From Myxococcota bacterium (GTDB lineage Bacteria; Myxococcota_A; UBA796; GCA-2862545), in assembly GCA_039208735.1 (NCBI GenBank), contig JBCCQY010000177.1:1-19008 (forward strand): a stretch of 19,008 nt of DNA, written 5' to 3'. The stretch's first letter is position 1. Every line of letters begins with the position of its first letter. The notes under the pieces were generated by a model. The model did not search any database. It was not told the origin of the DNA and worked only from the letters and a program-made list of their open reading frames with translations. Made by a program: the position numbers and the translations under genes. Of this stretch, positions 16,401 through 19,008 are shown piece after piece.

Positions 16401-16824
16401 TCGGGGCCTGAACGCGTCGCATCTCGATGAGACCAAGCGCCCACAGCGCACCGCTTGCGCCAGCCTCCAGCTCTTCGAGCACCGATGCGAGCAACAGCAG
16501 CACCATGTTCAGTGCGTTGTCGAGCTGCAACGTAGCCCCGACCGTCGAGGTCAGTCGGTCCACAAGGTCGATCAGTCCGCGGATGAGGTCCACGGCCCCG
16601 GCGATGAGATCGGCTCCCGTGCCGACGGGATCCGCTTCGGGATCCTCAAGGAGGTCTGCAATTTGTTCAAGCACCGTCGCAAGGCCCCCGCTCGTGGTCG
16701 CGACCGCGGACTGGAGCGCCGCGAGGTCCGAGGGCGACGGAGACTGGCGGGTCTCGGCCAAGAGGTCGGACAGCCAGTCCGCACGCCTCACGATCTCGGC
16801 CGCCGTGCGCAACTCCTCAATCAT
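13483..16824 (-). CDS. DUF6603 domain-containing protein, 1113 aa
   Basis: ATGA overlap with amidase A at 16821-16824 and GGAG at 16835-16832. A helical N-terminus is followed by a long run of Gly-rich alternating beta-strands: LGPLVVTVERMGL, FKPPSGVGLAIDAGAVTGAGY, YSLLILITAEFPGIQIGYGFTLNGIGGIFGLHR, LSIDAALRDS, SIGGFHPEF, FQLGA, FDALIVFDPFYF, TGPGP. I recognise this as the DUF6603 signature (~14180-15420). Confidence 0.88.
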   Translation of the reverse strand: MIEELRTAAEIVRRADWLSDLLAETRQSPSPSDLAALQSAVATTSGGLATVLEQIADLLEDPEADPVGTGADLIAGAVDLIRGLIDLVDRLTSTVGATLQLDNALNMVLLLLASVLEELEAGASGALWALGLIEMRRVQAPTLPVPITVRRAAGHRLGLLFRDPQAYLVDRIHDRESPLASSGFLAALATLTGERILDAGHDEDWLRTVEDVRNVAMPGDLRIDQAMLMGRQIGTTGFAGATLYVTEIDAAQRVRLGVAPVVQGLTEITIPFAEVWSLRLAANLPSPAVALEIEADPTSNTLAVDLGARLDTAVGGTIALSRQPGGAGDERTFGGSGALTGHGARLGPIELDTRAFEFKTHLDVEATPLGDVDVGLGLALKQLKVALRFDDADSFLQGVVPQEALAIGFDLEIDWSQATGLVVRGAVGLELVVPLNVSLGPIALNQLALRLGFDGTTVELMAATGLQGTLGPLVVTVERMGLVAELTFPERGGNLGPAELAASFKPPSGVGLAIDAGAVTGAGYITLEPEIGRYSGFLALRVSEFAVTALGLVQVDLPQPGPEYSLLILITAEFPGIQIGYGFTLNGIGGIFGLHRKIDADALRADVANGAVSTLLDPGSRLDNPAQLIGQLERYFPTAVDHFVIGLSLQLRWVELVRLDVGVMIELPGPNKIVLLGRALIAIEAGDVAIVRIQLEVLGIIDFEARLLSIDAALRDSSLLEVFEITGGAALRLSWGDRPYALMSIGGFHPEFVPEPAVVPVPERVGLTYGEPGDFFYLRLATYVAITTGSFQLGAAVEVRLNLEVIKAEGMLAFDALIVFDPFYFSVGFMAAFKVKLFSVSLAGVSMKGVMTGPGPVTFAGEVCIEILFFKACWSGSFSIGSEAPAEIADVESVLQRFAAELRAETLRSEPSPYRGILLRSESAEAARFDPGGGLSWTQGLVPIGVIIERLEGTPLAAPVEVDLALATGDPLDDAYDWFAPASFLDLTDAEAIGRKSFERLRAGFLFDGEDRRLVSPAQEVALTPDVFVVGRPEPSRVAGPSLEPHVLAAVLARTQGARITVNAELGLEEERWEVHGGESEGESSHETTAHQVARHRGGVALPVDDLIMVGDL

Positions 16825-18701
16825 GGGCCGACTCCAGGCAATGGCAGCGTGTTTCGTTCGAGGCGAAGGGGTGGCTCGAGTTCCGGAACGGCAATGAACC
16901 GTGCGGTGCCGACCAGGATGACTGGGGACTCGAGGAGGGTGATGGCTCCGCGACGGGCCTGAAGATGGGTGCGACCAAGGCTTCGGAGCCAGAGGTACAC
17001 GATGGTAAAGACGCCGTCGCCTTTTCCGTCACGAATGGCGCAGTGCGCATAGATCCCTGGATAGGCCGCTTCGATGATGCGGTCCGCGTGACTGCCAATG
17101 CTGACGTGCCAAAACGCGTGGTCGGCCCAATCGGGACGGCGGCCCAGCGCAGTGGCCCACTCCGTGAGGATGCGCCTGGCCAACGGTCCAAGGCTGCGAC
17201 TCTGAATGGCCCAGTTGGGCCAATAGCGAGGGTCCAATTGCGTGAATAGCCGAGGAATCCGAAGCGGTATCCGTGCGCTCGTCAACCAATGAACCAGGCG
17301 CCAGGTGCTCTCGAGGCACCCGTGGGGAGGCACCCGTAGCCACTCTTGGGGTCCCCCTCGAAAGAGAGCCGCGTTTCTTACGTAGCACCGGCCGTCGGTG
17401 GCGTGCTCCCCTTCTCCGTCCCCTTCCTCGAGTTCCGTGTCGCCGCTCGTACAGCCATCGCCGCGCGGTCGGTACCCCGAATGAAGGTAGTTCCAATCAT
17501 TTTCGACCTCGATGCCGATCGACCCCGAACTGTGCTCGTGGGCGTGATTGACATGCTCCAGGAGGTCGGCGAGCTGGGTGACCTGATGACCCACGCGATG
17601 AACCAGGTAGTGGGCGTGGATGTTGGGGAGGTTGTTGTGGGAATTGTGGCTGGTGGTGTCATGGATCACGACACCACGGATCATCCCGGACGTCCGGATG
17701 GTGGTGTAGTTGTAGTCATCGAGCCGGTCGTCGTACCAGGGTCGCTGGTTTCGCCTCGTCGCCCAGGTCCCATAGGTGACCCCCACGGGAGCGGGGTACT
17801 CGATCGATCCGAGAACCGCGGACGTGTTGGAGGTCGGAACGAACGGCCGTTGGCGTCGGCCGCCCGCGCGGGACGGATTCGTGTATTCCAAGGGAAACAC
17901 ACGAGAATCCACGGTTGCGTTTCGACGGAAGGTGGTTCGCCTCGCTACGTGATCAGGCCGACGTGTGTCATCGATGTCGAACACCGGAATGAGGAATTGC
18001 GTCAAGACGTCTGTCGATCGCGGCTGGCGGCTCAGATCCTCGATCCGGGTCAGCGGCTCGGGAGGAGCGGCATCGCGGGTGGGGGTGTACGAAACCGTCC
18101 CGTTGAAGCTCACGATGTCCTGAATCACCGCCATGGGCGTCACGAACCCATCCCGGTGGGTCTTGGCCAGAATGCGCAGCCCATCCGCTCCGTCAAACAA
18201 CCCTATCGGCGTCCAGCGTCGCAGATCCACGCCATCGCGCCCTTCGAGGGCCAGGTGAATCAAAATACGCCGCATGAGTGCATCGGGCACGGGACCTGTG
18301 GGAGGAGGTTGCAAGCTCGTAGGCAGCGTTACTTGACGAACCATCGGCACCCACCCACGAAGGCGTTGACTGGAGAGGGTGCCCACGGCGGTGGTCAATC
18401 GTTCCGTGAACGAAGCGCGACTGATGCCACTGAGAAAGAGCTGTTTGATTCGGTGGACCGATGAGCCCCGGAGTCTCGCCAGATTCGTTCCGGCATTCGG
18501 CAACTCGCACACGACAGTATCTCCCGCGATGGGGGGCACCGCATCGTGGGAAGTCGCCATACGATAGGCACCGTGGGCGGGGCTCAGCACGACGAGGGGG
18601 CTGCTCGACCGGTTGAGGATCCACAGAGCACCAAACCCGGCGGCGAAGTCGAGGGCTACGTGTAGATCGTCTTGCACGACCGTTGGCTCGAACAGTCGCA
18701 T
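16821..18701 (-). CDS. N-acetylmuramoyl-L-alanine amidase (Amidase_2/AmpD/PGRP-like) domain protein, paralogue A, 626 aa, with unrecognised N-terminal domain
   Basis: ATG 18701 is preceded by GGAAGG and the upstream TGA (18710-18708). Motifs: GVVIHDT, IHAHYLV, VNHAHEHS, SIGIEVEN, IYAHCAIRDGKGDG. Colinear with CDS 1331..3520 over its whole length. Confidence 0.87.
   Translation of the reverse strand: MRLFEPTVVQDDLHVALDFAAGFGALWILNRSSSPLVVLSPAHGAYRMATSHDAVPPIAGDTVVCELPNAGTNLARLRGSSVHRIKQLFLSGISRASFTERLTTAVGTLSSQRLRGWVPMVRQVTLPTSLQPPPTGPVPDALMRRILIHLALEGRDGVDLRRWTPIGLFDGADGLRILAKTHRDGFVTPMAVIQDIVSFNGTVSYTPTRDAAPPEPLTRIEDLSRQPRSTDVLTQFLIPVFDIDDTRRPDHVARRTTFRRNATVDSRVFPLEYTNPSRAGGRRQRPFVPTSNTSAVLGSIEYPAPVGVTYGTWATRRNQRPWYDDRLDDYNYTTIRTSGMIRGVVIHDTTSHNSHNNLPNIHAHYLVHRVGHQVTQLADLLEHVNHAHEHSSGSIGIEVENDWNYLHSGYRPRGDGCTSGDTELEEGDGEGEHATDGRCYVRNAALFRGGPQEWLRVPPHGCLESTWRLVHWLTSARIPLRIPRLFTQLDPRYWPNWAIQSRSLGPLARRILTEWATALGRRPDWADHAFWHVSIGSHADRIIEAAYPGIYAHCAIRDGKGDGVFTIVYLWLRSLGRTHLQARRGAITLLESPVILVGTARFIAVPELEPPLRLERNTLPLPGVGP
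17505..17523 (+). repeat. 19-bp exact direct repeat, copy 2 (GACCTCGATGCCGATCGAC)
   Basis: Identical to 2102-2120; residual DNA identity from gene duplication. Confidence 0.85.
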
Positions 18702-18707
18702 CGTGGC

Positions 18708-19008
18708 TCACCTTCCCAGGGCCACGAGCTGCTGCAGCCTCGTGGACCGGAAGGTGGACTGATCCAGAGCTAGCTCCAACGTCATCAAGGCGTGCAACAC
18801 CGCAGACGCTTCGCCGAGACTCGCGCCGTCCACGCGTTCCACGAGCGACGGCGCAGGGGTCACCATCACCTCGTCGAGCGTGGCCGGCCCGAGCGCTCTC
18901 CAATGCCCGGGGAGGCGACTGTGCCTGACCAGCCGTGCCTTGGTGACGATTTCTCGCAGGTGGTGGGCGGGGGTTTCCGTGAGGGAAACCATAGGAAGGA
19001 AGGCCAGC
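18708..19008 (-). CDS. Hypothetical protein, probably the 3' end of a gene starting beyond the right edge
   Basis: The frame of track ORF 18708..18992 stays open to the edge (LAFLP-MVSLTE...). The 16 nt upstream of ATG 18992 are pyrimidine-rich with no SD. The stop lies 6 nt before the amidase A start, which fits operon packing. Confidence 0.6.
   Translation of the reverse strand, partial: LAFLPMVSLTETPAHHLREIVTKARLVRHSRLPGHWRALGPATLDEVMVTPAPSLVERVDGASLGEASAVLHALMTLELALDQSTFRSTRLQQLVALGR

Noticed and set aside
3523..16824. Assignment to prophage, eCIS, T6SS or Tc toxin
   Set aside because: No recognisable sheath, tube, VgrG/PAAR, baseplate, terminase, or RHS/SpvB motifs in any CDS.
2102..17523. 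19-bp direct repeats as att sites or mobile-element ends around the core
   Set aside because: They lie inside homologous active-site codons of the paralogues, and no integrase or transposase is present.
1..19008. CRISPR array, tRNA/rRNA, intrinsic terminators
   Set aside because: No spaced repeats, no non-coding space, and no hairpin plus U-tract seen at gene ends.

Overview
High-GC window, probably Myxococcota-like (inferred from the kinase style). It is filled end to end by one tightly packed minus-strand gene run with no intergenic gap over 20 bp and three start/stop overlaps. In transcription order (right to left) the genes are: the 3' end of an unknown gene; amidase paralogue A (626 aa); a DUF6603-type beta-rich protein (1113 aa); a 1139-aa conserved hypothetical with an Ig-like insert; a 1293-aa conserved hypothetical; a 432-aa conserved hypothetical ('LTRQWQLGE' family); a 445-aa protein that appears to be that family's detached C-terminal module fused to Ig/CARDB-like domains; amidase paralogue B (729 aa); and a Ser/Thr kinase missed by the ORF track (HxxxCxxC zinc finger, degenerate pseudokinase, non-RD kinase; runs off the left edge). 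The main point of interest is an uncharacterised multi-protein DUF6603-associated system. It is bracketed by two full-length paralogous, signal-peptide-less zinc peptidoglycan amidases that share an unrecognised N-terminal domain, and it is linked to a kinase. Family assignments come from motif recognition and recall, not database searches.
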